A stretch of 124,000 nucleotides of DNA from Octopus vulgaris. Its lineage: Eukaryota. Every line of letters starts with the position of its first letter. The stretch's first letter is position 1. The position numbers and the translations under genes were made by a program. Under the pieces are notes generated by a model, which saw only the letters and a list, made by a program, of their open reading frames with translations, was not told the origin of the DNA and did not search any database. Below are positions 89,630 through 104,885 of the stretch, piece by piece. The stretch covers positions 39,948,001-40,072,000 of the forward strand of contig OX597834.1 in the NCBI GenBank assembly GCA_951406725.2, in the 5' to 3' direction.

Positions 89630-89667
89630 TAATAATGATAATAATAATAACAACAATAATAATAATG

Positions 89668-89707
<40 letters not shown>

Positions 89708-89745
89708 TAATAATGATAATAATAATAACAACAATAATAATAATG

Positions 89746-89782
<37 letters not shown>

Positions 89783-89880
89783 TAATAATGATAATAATAA
89801 TAACAACAATAATAATAATGATAATAATAATGATAATAATAATAATAACAACAACAATAATAATAATAATAATGATAAAT
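89570..89880 (+). repeat. (AAT)n microsatellite
   Basis: Direct reading. Confidence 0.97.
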
Positions 89881-90005
89881 TTCATTGACTTCTTTTTGGT
89901 TTTGTTTTGGTTAACATATATCGATTCCTGACTTAATAACAATAATAATAAAATTCTGATCTTTCCTATTTTCATCTTCAAAAGCAATTTGTAGATCAAA
90001 AAGAA

Positions 90006-90058
<53 letters not shown>

Positions 90059-90258
90059 CACACACACACATTACATACACGCACACACACACATATATAT
90101 ATACACATACATACATACACACACATATACACAGACAATATATATATACATACACACATATAAACAGACACTATACATACATACATACATACATACATAC
90201 ATACATACATACATACATACATACATACATACATACATACATACATACATACATACAT

Positions 90259-90324
<66 letters not shown>

Positions 90325-90510
90325 TCAGAATTAAAGAAGAGAACAATCGGATATGAAAAAAAGAAGAAGTGAGAATATAGGAATGCATTGAAATACCGAA
90401 ACGAGGAATTAATGAGTTAGCACCATAGAAAAGTACAGAATTTAACTGTGAAACTATAGAGTCAGAGTTAGATTCTTGGAGTAGATAATGAGTTTCATAA
90501 ATGGTTTCAC

Positions 90511-90568
90511 CTTTGACATGATCTACAGCCAGTTTGCAGACACATCTCGACCAATCTATTAGTGCCAT
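90511..90568 (-). CDS. RASAL2/DAB2IP/SYNGAP1 (raskol): Candidate alternative first coding exon (MALIDWSRCVCKLAVDHVK + G); a second phase-1 donor at 90397 would give 57 codons
   Basis: ATG in unique sequence with an AAG|GTGAAA phase-1 donor; the frame stays open to a second phase-1 G|GTATTT site. Confidence 0.5.
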
Positions 90569-90714
90569 CTGAGGGGTTGAGAGTAATCCCCACCCCCAAG
90601 ATCAACATGGCCCAACGATAGGAGAAGAGAGACCCCCCCAACATAATAACTGGTACCTATTATGACTACATAATGACCTTCATTGAGCAACAACCAACAT
90701 AAAGCGACATGACC

Positions 90715-91522
90715 ACCACCACCACTACCAGTGCCATCATCACCAACACCGCCACCAAAATAATGTTGCCACCAACACCAGTACCACAACCAAAACTACT
90801 GTCACCACCGCCACCACCAACGCCACCACCACCACCAATACCAGCGACAACAACACTATCACCACCACCACCACCACCAATACCAGTGACACCACCAGTG
90901 CCATCATCAACACTGCCACCGAAGCAATGCTAACACCACCACCAACAGCACCAATACTGCCAATACTGCCATGACCAACACTCCTGTCACCACCTTCAAC
91001 ACCACCACCACTGCACCACCACCACCACTGCACCACCACCACCAACACTGCCAACACCACCATGACCAACACTCCTGTCACCACCTTCACCACCACCACT
91101 GCACTCACCACCACCACTGCACTCACCACCACCACCACTGCACTCACCACCACCACTGCACTCACCACCACCACTGCACTCACCACCACCACTGCACTCA
91201 CCACCACCACCACCAATACCAACACTGCCAATGCTACCATGACCAACACTACTGTCACCACCTTCACCACCACCACCACCAGCGCCATCACCACCACCAA
91301 CACCATCACCAAAAGCACCACCACCAGCACCAACACTACCACTAGTATTACCAACGCCACCACCAACACCATCTCCACCACCACCACTACCAACGACAAC
91401 AACACTATCACCACCAACACCACCACCACCCACACCGCCGTCAACATCAACACCACAAGCGACATCACCAACACGATCACCACCACCACCACTACACCAC
91501 CACCAACAACAACAACAACAAT
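90715..91522 (+). repeat. (CCA)n-derived compound triplet array
   Basis: Direct reading. Confidence 0.93.
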
Positions 91523-91922
91523 GTAGCAGGGTGGAAAAGGCAATGAACTTAATTAGCGTTGAGGAAAAATAAAAAAACAGTAATCAACGGATGTGGAATA
91601 TGGCAAAGATATATTTCTGGCAAGGCGCTGTATAATGGCACTTTTATGGTTATGGAGACTGATAGCATGGTGATGCACCAGTCTAACACATGCAGCTGCA
91701 CATGGATTCTGACGTTAAGAGCATAATCAGTTTGAAGGTGGAACCAGGAAGACTTCGTTAAACTCACTATCTCGTTACAATTGGAATCTTTGATAGTGCC
91801 TGCCAACATAAATATTCTCTCTTTAGGCACACACTTGCATCAGCCACATGTACATACACATACATAGTTGTGTATGTATGTATATATATGTATGTGTGTG
91901 TGTATATGTATATATATGTATA

Positions 91923-91953
<31 letters not shown>

Positions 91954-91959
91954 GTGTGT

Positions 91960-91990
<31 letters not shown>

Positions 91991-92489
91991 CACAAACATA
92001 TATATACATATTTAAACACACATACACACACACATATATATACATATTTAAACACACATCTATAAATATATACACACATATTTAAACTCACATCTATATA
92101 TATATATACACACATATACATATTTAAACAGGCATCTATATATATATACACACACACAAACACACACATATATATACACATTTAAACACATATCTATATA
92201 CATACACACACATATATTTAAACACATCTATACACACATACATATATTTAAACACACATCTACATATATATATATACACACATACATATTTAAACACATC
92301 TATACACATATATATACACACATATTTAAACACTTCTATATATATATACACACACACACACATGTATGTGATTACATACACTTACACATATATGACTGTG
92401 TATACAGGACTATACAAACATATACTTTCAAATATATATATGTATATTTATAGATACATATACAAAAACATATACATGTGTGTGTGTGA

Positions 92490-92540
<51 letters not shown>

Positions 92541-92992
92541 TACACATATACACACATATATATACATGTCTGTGTGTATACATATACAAACACAAACACA
92601 CCTATACAGGTACATACACACATGCTCATTAAGATACATAGTATATATATGTACACACACACACACACCTGTCTCTGCATGTATGGGATGGTGGTGTCGA
92701 CGTTAAATACCTGGTGTATTTGTTTAAAATAATAAAATCTAAAATGATAAAAAAAATGCTAAACAATATGTTACCAAGGTAACGTAATTAGAGGTAGGGG
92801 GACGGGGGGTTTGTAGAGAGATTACTAAAGGGGCTTTTTTTATGGTATTCCTGTTTGCTTCCCAACCACATGGTTTTAGGTTCAATCCCACTGCGTGGCA
92901 CCGTGGGTAAGGGTCTTCTACTGTAGCCTTGGGCTAAACAAAGCCTTGTGGGTGGATTTGGTAGATGGAAACTGAAAGAAGACCATCATATA

Positions 92993-93039
<47 letters not shown>

Positions 93040-93302
93040 TTATGTGTGTCCCTGTGTCAGTATTTGTTTCCCCCAACACCACCCTCGCATGATAACTGAT
93101 GGTGGTGCGTTTACGTCTCTGTAACTTAGCAATTCAGCAAAAGAGGCCGATAGAATAAGTACTAGACTTACAAAGAATAAGTCCTGGGGTCGATTTCTTC
93201 AACTAGAACCCTTTAAGGCAATGCTTCAACATGGCCACAGTCAAATGACTGAAAAAACAAAAGAATAAAATTGATATGCAGTTGATTGACAGAATATTTC
93301 TG

Positions 93303-93545
93303 AAGTAATCTGGATAAAGATTTACCTATCCATAAGTAATTTGAATAAAGACTTACCTATCCATAAGTAATTTGAATAAAGACTTACCTATCCATAAGTA
93401 ATTTGAATAAAGATTTACCTATCTGTAAGTAATTTGAATAAAGACTTACCTATTCATAAGTAATTTGAATAAAGACTTACCTATCCATAAGTAATTTGAA
93501 TAAAGACTTACCTATTCTTAAGTAATTTGGATAAAGATTTACTGA
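93303..93545. repeat. 31-bp minisatellite, about 7.5 copies
   Basis: taagtaatttgaataaagacttacctatcca; period 31 (93333, 93364). Confidence 0.93.
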
Positions 93546-93588
93546 GATTGCTACAGTAGACGGAATGTGTGTGTATGTATGTATGTAT

Positions 93589-93619
<31 letters not shown>

Positions 93620-93637
93620 ATATATATATATATATAT

Positions 93638-93850
93638 ACGGGGAGCTTTATGAAAATAAACAAAAGACGAAGGCAGGTGGAATACAAACAAACAATTGTA
93701 TTAGTATGGCGCTCAGGAATATAAATAAAACAAGTCTTTTACGTTTCGAGCCTACGCACTCTTCAACAGAAAGATACACAGAAAAGAAACACGGAGAGAA
93801 ACAAGGAGAGAAAAAAAATTGCGTGCAGAAGCTAGCGAATCAACATGGCG
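93638..93850 (-). mobile_element. Penelope-like fragment with hammerhead-like motif at 93735-93774
   Basis: tcttt CTGTTGA AGAG TGCGTAGG CTC GAAAC GTA AAAGA. Confidence 0.6.
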
Positions 93851-94724
93851 ATCTATATATATATGGCGATATATATATGATATTTATTTGTGTGCGTCAT
93901 TGTGTTTGTGTTTGTCCTCCATCACCACCACTGCTTGACAACTAGTGTTGGTGTGTTTGTGTCCTGGTAACTTAACAGTTTAGCAAAAGAGACCAACAGA
94001 ATAAGTATCAGGTTAAAAAAAAATAAGTATGGCAGGCGGGGGTGGTGGTGGGGGGTCACTTCGTTTGACTAAGATCAAGGTGGTGCCCCAGCACAGCCAC
94101 AGTCTAATGACTGAAACAAGCAAAAGACTGAGAATATATACCACCCAACGTGTGGTACACCATTCACCTGTTCAGGTATTGTCGATTTGATGGAGAGAGT
94201 AAGGTAATGAGTGGTACAAACATTTGACCCCTATGAACAATTCATAGGTGCAGGTCATTTGACTAATGCTAAACGCTCATATATCGTCTTTGACAGGAGA
94301 ATCCATCACATATATATATATATGTATATATAAATGTGAGAAGGCATTCTAAATGTAACAGATATCTCTTTGAAGCCAGTTCCAAAGACAGCTTTATAAC
94401 TGGCAAAACCCAGTAAATATTTTCTTCTTATCAGCAAAAATATTAATTATCATAAATATAAAAAAAAAGCATTTTTGGCTCATAAATTATTAGCAATATT
94501 CCTTTGGTGGTTAGAATATTTATGTAGTTTGAAGATCCATCTGGTTTGCAGTGGAGAGAGTACAAGGAATTGGTTAAAGCAATCTGTGGCCCTGGCAACA
94601 ATCATGCTCAGATGTGCTTTTAAGGTTCCACTGGTACAAGAGTCAATCATGTGGTACTGTCATTGGCCCCATCAGCGATTTTATATATTACTACTTTTCT
94701 ACAGAGTTAGTTTTATGTGTAACT

Positions 94725-95150
94725 GCTGCTTCTACAGTACCAGTTGTATGAATACAGTGTGTTCTTTAGCATTTACATACCTTGCTTACTACTTATGCAG
94801 AGCCACTTGTATGAACATCATGTAACTACTACCTCTACAGAGCCACTTGTATGAACATTGTGTAACTGTTACTTCTGCAGAGTCTGTTGTATGAACATAA
94901 TGTAACTACTACCTATACAGATTCACTTGTATGAACATCCTGTAACTGTTACTCCTACAGAGCCAGTTGTATGAACATCACGTAACTGCTTTTACAGAGC
95001 CAGTTGTATGAATAGTGCAACTGTTACTTCTGCAGAGCCACTTGTATGAACACGGTGTAACTGCTCTTACAGAGCCACTTGTATGAACACAGTACTTTAA
95101 CATTACATACCTGTTACTTCTACAGAGCCAGTTGCATGAATACGCTGTGT
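94725..95150 (+). repeat. ~36-39-bp degenerate minisatellite
   Basis: cagagccacttgtatgaaca...gtaact recurs about 10 times. Confidence 0.85.
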
Positions 95151-95353
95151 TATGTAACTCTTTTACTTGTTTCAGTCATTTGACCATGACCATGCTGGAC
95201 CACCACCTTAAAGGGTTTCAGTCAAAGAAATTTACCCCAGGACTTATTCTTTGTAAGTCTTGTACATATGTTATCAGTCTCTTTTTTGCTGAGCCACTAA
95301 GTTACGGGGATGTAAACACACTAACATCGGTTGTCAAGTGATGGTTTGGGAGA

Positions 95354-95393
<40 letters not shown>

Positions 95394-96179
95394 ACAGGCT
95401 TCTTACAGTTTCCATCTGTTTCCATCTACTAAATCCACTCACAAGGCTTTGGTCAACTCACAAGGCTATAGAAGAAAACACTAACCCAAGGTGCCACACA
95501 GTGAGACTGAACCTGGAACCATGTGGTTTAGAAGCACTAACTTACCAACTTCACCATGCAACATTTTGAATCAGATTCTACAAAAACAAAGCTGCTTCAT
95601 CTGCTTCTGAAATTCCATCTAACAACACGGACATCATTCTGCTATTCACCATTATGCAAATTAAGCTCCTCGTTTGAGTCACTTTCACAATGACAGTCAC
95701 ACTATCCCAGTGTTAACACAATCAAACACACCTGTTCTTCTCACCTGATCTATTTGCATACAGTCAATTGCATGGGGTTAATACAGGTGTAAGAGATTGA
95801 AACCAAGGAAAATGGCCAACACTTTGGATATTGATCAGCCATAACTTGCAGTTATTTAATTTGGATAACTTTACTTTCAGATACGCTTTAACACTCACTG
95901 ATTTGCTATTCTGTTTTATTTTTTAATCACTGCCATCGTTATTGTTGTTGTTGTTGTTGTTGTTGTCGTCATTCCCACCATCATAGATCTCGTCATAATC
96001 ACCATCATCATCATCATCATCGTGATCATCATTCTCACCATCATCATTACCCATCACCGCCCCATCATCATCACAATTATTTTCACCATCATCATAAGTA
96101 TCACTGTATAGCTTTGTGTGTGTGTGTGTGTGTATATATGTATATATATAATCACCATCATCATGTGCTAGTGTGTATA

Positions 96180-96228
<49 letters not shown>

Positions 96229-96274
96229 TATATATATATATAATCACCATCATCAGCATGTGCTTGTGTGTATA

Positions 96275-96306
<32 letters not shown>

Positions 96307-96779
96307 ATAATCACCATCATTATGTGCTTGTGTATATATGTGTGTGTGTGTATCACCACCATCATCATCATTATTATTTTTATTCTCATCACCATCATCA
96401 CAATCAACATTGTCATAATCAACATCATTTTCATTCCCATCATCATCATCATCAGCACTATCATCTTCACCACCACCACCTCAATCATCATCATCATCGT
96501 CATCCTCTCCGATGGCCACCACTATTGCTATCGAATAACACAAGCACAGACAGACCTACTCATTCCGACTACAATATTAATGTCCACTCTCTCTCCAAAC
96601 AACTCACCCCCAACACTACAAAAGTCACACCTTGTTAATAAATAATACAGTTTCTATCAGATTAGTTCTTATTTCACCATTAAAACCATTCCTTCCATGG
96701 CCACTACCACTACATATTTGCACATATTTGCATATACATAAACACACACAGACACACACACGTTAAACACATGCATACA

Positions 96780-97440
96780 CACACACCTCATCCTGCCATT
96801 CTCCTCCGTTCCCTCCATGACCATTACCCCTACACATACACATCTGAACATACATGCATGCACACGTGCACACACACACACCTCATCCTGCCATTCCTTC
96901 CATGACCACCATCACTGCACACACACACATTCTCCTCCGTTCCCTCCATGACCATTGCCACTACACATACACATCTGAACATACTTGCATGCACACATGT
97001 ACACACACACCTCATCCTGCCATTCCTTCCATGACCACCATCACTGCATATACACACACATACACACACACACACACATTCTCCTCCGTTCCCTCCATGA
97101 CCATTGCCCCTACACATACACATCTGAACATACATGCATGCACACGTGCACACACATACACACCTCATCCTGCCATTCCTTCCATGACCACCATCACTGC
97201 ATATGCACACACACATTCTCCTCCGTTCCCTCCATGACCATTGCCACTACACATACACATCTGAACATACATGCATGTACACATGCACACACACCTCATC
97301 CTGCCATTCCTTCCATGACCACCATCACTGCATATGCACACACACACACATTCTCCTCCGTTCCCTCCATGACCATTGCCACTACATATACATGTCTGAA
97401 CATACATACATGCACACACACACACACACACATGCATGCA
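96780..97440 (+). repeat. Compound tandem repeat of alternating cctcatcctgccattccttccatgacc / ttctcctccgttccctccatgacc blocks with (CA)n
   Basis: About 4 higher-order units read directly. Confidence 0.85.
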
Positions 97441-98159
97441 TACACACACCTACTTCTACCAGTCTTTTGATGACCACCCTCACTGCACATGACATTCCCT
97501 CCATGACCACCACAACTACACCATGCATGCACATGCACAAAGAAACACCTGCTTGTTCATTCCTTCCATAGTAACCACTACATATATCTATCTATCCCCC
97601 TATCTCTTCTACCCACCACACACACACACCTATTCTTCCATTCCTACCACGACCACCACCACCACACTCAAATCTTTTCAATTCTTTATGGCCAGCACAT
97701 ACAAAACTTTTCTATTCTCTTTGTAACCACACACACACACACACACACACACTTCCAACCCTATCACAACATACTCCTTTCCTTCCATAGCAACCACCAC
97801 TGCCACCACCACACTACCACGCATATTTCAGTAAGAGATATAAAACACATGACCTGAATGAATGCCTCTACTTCTTTAGTCTTCCCCGGAGAGAAGTAAC
97901 AGACTTTGTGTTTCACTAAAATAAACTTTCGTCAGGTGAAATATAGCAGATATACACATCACCTTTAGCTGGGTGTAAACATGTGCAAATGTATATTGGT
98001 GCATGCAGGTGTGTGTGTGTGTGTGTGTGTGCATAGGCATGTAGTGTGTATTTATGTTTGTACATGTGTCTTCATGTGGGCATATGTATGTGTGTGTGTG
98101 TGTATACACATATATATATCTCAAAATGAGCAACAAGGATATCCAGAGGTAATTTTTTA

Positions 98160-98547
<388 letters not shown>

Positions 98548-99534
98548 TAGATAGATAGATAGATAGACACACAGACTGACAGACAGACAGACAGACAGAT
98601 CACCTATACATGTCTGTATGCATGTGCATGTATGTGTGTGCATATGTATATGTGTGTTCATGTTTCCACATGTGTTTGTGTGTGTGTTTGTGTACATATG
98701 TACAAGAGTATGAGAGTGTATAATATATATATATATATATATATACTCACACACACACACACACAAACATATATATATATATATGAGCATGTTCCTATGA
98801 TGTATGCCTGCTTGTATGTGCATGTATGTATGCATTCTATGTATGCATGCATATAACTGCATATATGTGTTTGGCCAGACTGAACGCAACAAATGGTTGG
98901 GTCAGTAGTCTGGGTGGGGGTAGGGGTTAGAATGCTGGTATTGATATTTAGATATCACTGAAAATACCACTGGAGTACACATCAACTATACCACCAGCAG
99001 GACCATATATGGAATGGTTGTCTACAAAATAAAAGGCAGACACACTGAATACCAACAAATCATGTGCCCCACAGCTGTGTCCTCTCCTTCTATCAGCGAT
99101 ACCACTACTAGAACTATTTATGAAATGCCTGTCCACCCAATAAACAAATCTCCATAGGAGTGGTTGTGTGGTAAGAAGCTTGCTTCCCAACCACATGGTT
99201 CCAGGTTCAGTCCCACTGTGTGGCACCTTGGGCAAGTGTCCTCTACTATAGCCTTGGGTCGACCAAAGCCTTGTGAGTGAATTAGGTAGACGGAAACTGA
99301 AAAGAAGCCTGTCGTGTGTGTGTGTGTGTTTGTGTCTGTGCTTGTCCTCTCAGTACAGCTTGATAGCCAGTGTTGTGTTTACGTCCCCATAACTTAGCGG
99401 TTCAGCAAAAGAGACTAACAGAATAAGTAAAGTACCAGGCTTAGAAAAAAACAAGTACTAAGAATGCAAGGGTGTGCCCCAGCATGGCCACCGTCTTTGA
99501 CTGAAACAAATAAAAGATTGAAGATAAGAGCAGA

Positions 99535-100070
99535 TGTGACTATGGGGTAAGAAGCTTGCTTTCCAACCACATGGTTCCAGGTTCAGTCCCACTGTGTGGC
99601 ACCCTGGGCAAGTGTCTTCTGCAGTCTCGGGCCTATGAAAACCTTATGAGAGGATTTGGCAGATGTAAACTGAAAGAAGTCTATTGCGTGTGTATGTATG
99701 TATATATATTTCTTTACTACCCACAAGGGGCTAAACACAGAGAGGACAAACAAGGACAGACAAACGGATTAAGTCGATTACATCGACCCCAGTGCGTAAC
99801 TGGTACTTAATTTATCGACCCCGAAAGGATGAAAGGCAAAGTCGCCCTCGGCGGAATTTGAACTCAGAACGTAGCGGCAGACAAAATACCGCAAAGCATT
99901 TCGCCCGGCGTGCTAACGTTTCTGCCAGCTCATCGCTTTATGTATGTATATATATATATATGTGTGTGTGTGTATGTGTTTATCTCCCATCACTTCTTGA
100001 CAACTGGTGTTGGCGTATTTATGTCTTTGTAACTCAGTGGTTCAGCAAAAGAGATTGATAAAATAAGTAC
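99535..100070. mobile_element. Family A SINE (+) with a family B SINE (-, 99710-99935) nested in its internal microsatellite
   Basis: A head, (TG/TA)n, inverted B copy, (TA/TG)n, A tail. Confidence 0.8.
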
Positions 100071-100347
100071 ATGTAAGTGTGTGTGCATGCGTGCATGCAA
100101 ACGTATAAGTGTGTGTGTATCCTTGTCAAATGAAGATATCACATGATGGTTGTAAACAAGCATCACCATCATACAAGCAGTGTAGTTGGCCATGAGGAAA
100201 TATTTCCTTGCTTGGAAACAGGGAGAGGTTGGTGAAAGAAAGAGCAGCCAGCCGTAGAAAAATCTACTTCAATAAACTCAATAAACTCTGTCTAGCCCAT
100301 GCAAGTATGGAAAAAAGGATAATATGGTGTTGATGATGATGATGATG

Positions 100348-100389
<42 letters not shown>

Positions 100390-100474
100390 CACATATAGAG
100401 AAGAGAGATGTACATACACACATGTACATCTTATTAGTAAGCAATACTTAGATGGACGAATGAACAGCTATGCA

Positions 100475-100519
<45 letters not shown>

Positions 100520-101238
100520 CGTGCATGTGCTTGTGTTTGTGTCTGTGTCTGTCTGTGTGTACACACATACAGACACCGCACAGACAGAAGAATTCAGAGT
100601 TTGTAGCAAAAGCTGTGTAATTCCATCATCTGGAAATAATTCTTGGAAAGATTCTCTTTTTACATTTATTAGAAATTCTTTAAAAAAAAAAATGGTAAAG
100701 AGAAATACCAATATATATATATATATACACATATATATACACATATATATATACACATACATATATATACATATATATATACACACACATACATATATAT
100801 ATACACATATATATATACGTGTGTGTGTGTGGAAGACAGACATTAAACGATGATATACATACATACACACCTCCAGATGTAATCAGCCTAAACATCATCA
100901 AGTCTGAATATTTTTTTTTCAGTCTAAGGAAATAAATCTATGATTGTATGCCTCACAGTAACAACACAGTCACACAGTCATGCAGACCACCTACTCATGT
101001 GAATCCGAAAAAAAAAAAAAAAAAGGGAAGAAACAAGAATTTAAGCCAGATATCCTGAGGACTTGGAATATTACATACAATATTGCTCTGAAGAAAGAAT
101101 CAAAGTGAAAATAAAAAAGAAGAATACAGAAACCAAAGAAGAAAACCATTTTTTTTTTTTGATATTTTTCATTCCTTATATGGAAGATTAGGAAATCATT
101201 TTCATGACAATCATTATGTAATATCGTTGAAAAAGAAC

Positions 101239-101274
<36 letters not shown>

Positions 101275-101319
101275 ACAGAAGTTCAATCATGAGATTCTTT
101301 GTAAACTGAAATAATTCTA

Positions 101320-102410
101320 TCCCTCAACCGTTTAGAATTCAGATTTCTTTCTGTCAAATGTTTGGCTTATTTATTCCCAATGTTTAAAATTAACCATGCT
101401 TTATCTCGTAGCTTTGAGATTTCGAAGATGTGATTGTTTAGTGTTAGAATGACATTGTAAGATAAAGTATAAGAGTCCAGACCTGGTTGCTTTGAACATA
101501 AAACCACATAGAATATTTGAGCCCTAATAAGGTTACTTTAAATGTTAACCCCTTTAGCATTGTGATTTCTTCCTATCAAAAAGAAATGCTTATTTATTCA
101601 CATCGTTTTGAATTAATCATGCAACATCTCATAACATTGAAATTTTGATTGTTTGGTTTTCAAATGGCATTGTAAGGTAAGCTGTCAGAGGCTAGATCTG
101701 ATCTTGGCTATTATGAAAATAAATTGAATGGAATATTTTGGCCATATATGGCTGGTTTAAATGGTAAAGGCTTGAAGTTGCTAGATGATTCAAAACTGAG
101801 ATTTTCATGTGACATTAGGGGCAGAAAATTAACCATTCATTATTTTTGGGGTTTGAGATTTCGAAGATGTAATTGCTTAGTTTTAGAATGACATTGTAGG
101901 AAAGGTGTGAGAGGCCAGTTTTGTTGTGAGACATAGAATATTTGAGCCTTTTGAGGCTGTTTTAAATGTTAGCCATTTAGCATCCAGATTCCTCTCTCAA
102001 ATGTAAGGTTTATTTATTCATATCGATTTGAATTAATCAGGCATTTTCTCATAACATTGAAATTTTGATTGTTCAGTTTTCAAATGGCATTGTAAGGTAA
102101 GCTGTCAGAGGCTAGATCTGATCTGGCTATTATGAACATAAATTGAATGGGATATTTTGGCCGTATATGGCTGGTTTAAATGGTAAAGGGTTGAAGTTGT
102201 TAGATGATTCAAAACTGGGGTTTTCATGTGAAACTAGGGGTATAAAATTAACCATTCATTATCTTTAAGGTTTGAGATTTCAGTGATGTAACTGTTAACG
102301 TTTAGAATGACATTGCAGGGTAGGTGTGAGAGGCTAGATTTTCATAATTTGAACATAAAACAAATAGAATATTTGGGCAGGATATGATCAGTTAAAATGC
102401 CAATGGGTTA
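101320..102410 (+). mobile_element. Tandem array (about 5 units) of a piggyBac-like MITE with a higher-order duplication
   Basis: Recurring ttgagatttc..agaatgacattgta..agaatatttg..TTAA; 101600-101870 is nearly repeated at 102010-102290; related to 5890-6600. Confidence 0.7.
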
Positions 102411-102634
102411 AGTGAGAATTGATGGTTGCACGGTAACATGAGATGGGTTTCACTAAAAAGGAAGAATTAGAGTGGTATCTGTTAGTTTTTACAAAAAAAT
102501 GTAGCAATAGGGGATGTTTAAACCAGAGAAAATAGTTGGAAGCTGTTGAGAAAGTAAGCTACTACATCTGGTTTGAGAGAGAGGATGAGTGGGGCAGCAA
102601 GAATGGGTACTGAGGATGGTAGAAACATCTGGCC

Positions 102635-102900
102635 AAGAGTCATTTTTTTTTTTATCATACCTAATGCACCTACTATGATAGGAATTGTTTCTATCTTTAG
102701 ACTCCACATTTGTGTTACCTCTATTTCCAGGTCTTTGTATTTTGAAAGTTCCTCCATTTCTTTTAGAGAAATGTTGTCATCTCTTTGTATTGATACTTCG
102801 ATTAGAAAGCATTTTTTTCTTGATGGTCTCTAATAACTATATCCAGCCTATTGGTCTTAATTTCTCTATATGTATGTATTGGCATATCCCATAGTATATT
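102635..102900 (-). mobile_element. R4/Dong-like RLE-domain fragment starting at (AAT)n
   Basis: ILWDMPIHTYREIKTNRLDIVIRDHQEK.. and EELSKYKDLEIEVTQMWSLKIETIPIIVGALGMIKK. Confidence 0.85.
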
Positions 102901-102921
102901 ATTATTATTATTATTATTATA

Positions 102922-103086
102922 GGTGCAGGAGTGGCTGTGTGGTAAGTAGCTTGCTAACCAACCACATGGTTCTGGGTTCAGTCCCACTGCGTGACATCTT
103001 GGGCAAGTGTCTTCTGCTATAGCCCCGGACCGACCAATGCCTTGTGAGTGGATTTGGTAGACAGAAACTGAAAGAAGCCTGTTGTA

Positions 103087-103139
<53 letters not shown>

Positions 103140-103338
103140 TTGTGTCTGTGTTTGTCCCCCTAGCATTGCTTGACAACCGATGCTGCTGTGTTTACGTCCC
103201 CATCACTTAGCGGTTCGGCAAAAGAGACCGATAGAATAAGTACTGGGCTTACAAAGAATAAGTCCCGGGGTCGATTGCTCGACTAAAGGCGGTGCTCCAG
103301 CATGGCCGCAGTCAAATGACTGAAACAAGTAAAAGAGT
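102922..103338 (+). mobile_element. Full-length family A SINE
   Basis: Among the least diverged family A copies. Confidence 0.9.
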
Positions 103339-103682
103339 ATTATTATTATTATTATTAGTGGTAGTAGTAGTAGTAGTAGTAGCAGTAGTAAGGCAGCAGT
103401 CATTAGCATGACAGACAAAATGCTTTGCAGCAATTTTTCTGTTTCCTTACATTCTGAATTCAAATTCCACCAAGGATGACTTTGCCTTTCATCCTTCTGG
103501 GGGTTGATAAAGTAAGTACCGGTCACGCACTGGGGTCAATACAATCGACCAGCTCCCTCCCCAAAATTTTCAGGCCTTGCGCCTATTGTAGAAAGGAATC
103601 ATTGCCATTATTACTATTATTATTCATTATTATTCATTATTATTATTATTATTATTCAATAGTATAATAATTATAATAATTA

Positions 103683-103684
<2 letters not shown>

Positions 103685-103715
<31 letters not shown>

Positions 103716-103855
103716 GTTTAACGTCCGCTTTCCATGCTAGCATGGGTTGGACGGTTCAACTGGGGTCTGGCAAGCCCGAAGGCTGCACCAGGCCAGTCAG
103801 ATCTGGCAGTGTTTCTACAGCTGGATGCCCTTCCTAACGCCAACCACTCCGAGAG
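103685..103855 (-). mobile_element. Low-divergence 5'-truncated RTE 3' end inserted in an (ATT)n-based repeat
   Basis: (CAT)n followed by gtttaacgtccgctttccatgctagcatggg. Confidence 0.85.
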
Positions 103856-103904
103856 TTATTATTATTCAATAGTATAATAATTATAATAATTATTATTATT
103901 ATAA

Positions 103905-103941
<37 letters not shown>

Positions 103942-104074
103942 ATAGTATAATTATTATTATTTTTATTATTATTCAATAGTATAATAGTTATAATTATTAT
104001 TATTATTATAATTATTATTATTATTATTATTATTATTCAATAGTATAATTATTATTATTATTATTCATTAGTAT

Positions 104075-104132
<58 letters not shown>

Positions 104133-104504
104133 GATTATTCTTGTTGACATTTTCACAAATACACTACTAAAACTGTGTTTTAGGATTCTGATAATGATGT
104201 GTTAATTCCCAGCAGACTTATTTGCAAAAAGAAAAAAAAAATTCTTTTTAAAAGTTATTTTGACTGCTGGGTGTCTGGAACATTGCACAAGAGATGTATC
104301 AAATAACCAACAAATACATTTGACATTGTGAAATCAATAAAACTTTCTTAATTTGAAAATCAATTAATTGTAAATATAAATATATTCATTATTTAAAAGT
104401 CAAACAGAAGATGATCTTTACAGAAAGAGAAACAGAACCGCTTTTTTCCATTTTTTTTTTTTCTATTTTGGTTCTGTCTCTTGAAATTAAAAATATATAT
104501 TGAT

Positions 104505-104541
<37 letters not shown>

Positions 104542-104689
104542 TGAGTAGGTGTAGGCATGGTTGTGTGGTTAAGAAATTTACTTCTTAACCAACTACATGG
104601 TTCCAAGTTCAGGCCCACGGCATGTCACTTTGGCACATGTCTCCTACAATGATTCCAAGCTAGTCAAGCCTTAAGAATGGATTTGGCAG

Positions 104690-104885
104690 ACAGAAACTGT
104701 AAGCCTAAGTGTCGTAAAGCTCTTTACAGTACCAGTTTCTTCCCTCGCACCTCTGAACTTTGGCATTCCCTTCCAAAGTCTTGTTTTCCTCTTCAATATG
104801 TCCCCCTCCAGTCTTTTAAGTCTAATGTACATTGTCACCTATTGACTTCTGTCCAGCATCCATCCATTTTATCCTAGTAGCTCTT
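104690..104885 (+). mobile_element. CR1/Jockey-like LINE C-terminal fragment
   Basis: SFFPRTSELWHSLPKSCFPLQYVPLQSFKSNVH. Confidence 0.7.

Noticed and set aside
91549-91830. 93-aa minus-strand ORF with a GTGAGT donor near 91765
   Set aside because: No recognisable homology and phase 0; at most a 5'UTR exon for the 90568 start, which is unsupported without RNA data.
103648-103893. Apparent ~35-bp TSD around the RTE insertion
   Set aside because: The same unit recurs further downstream as part of a local tandem repeat, so it cannot be called a TSD.
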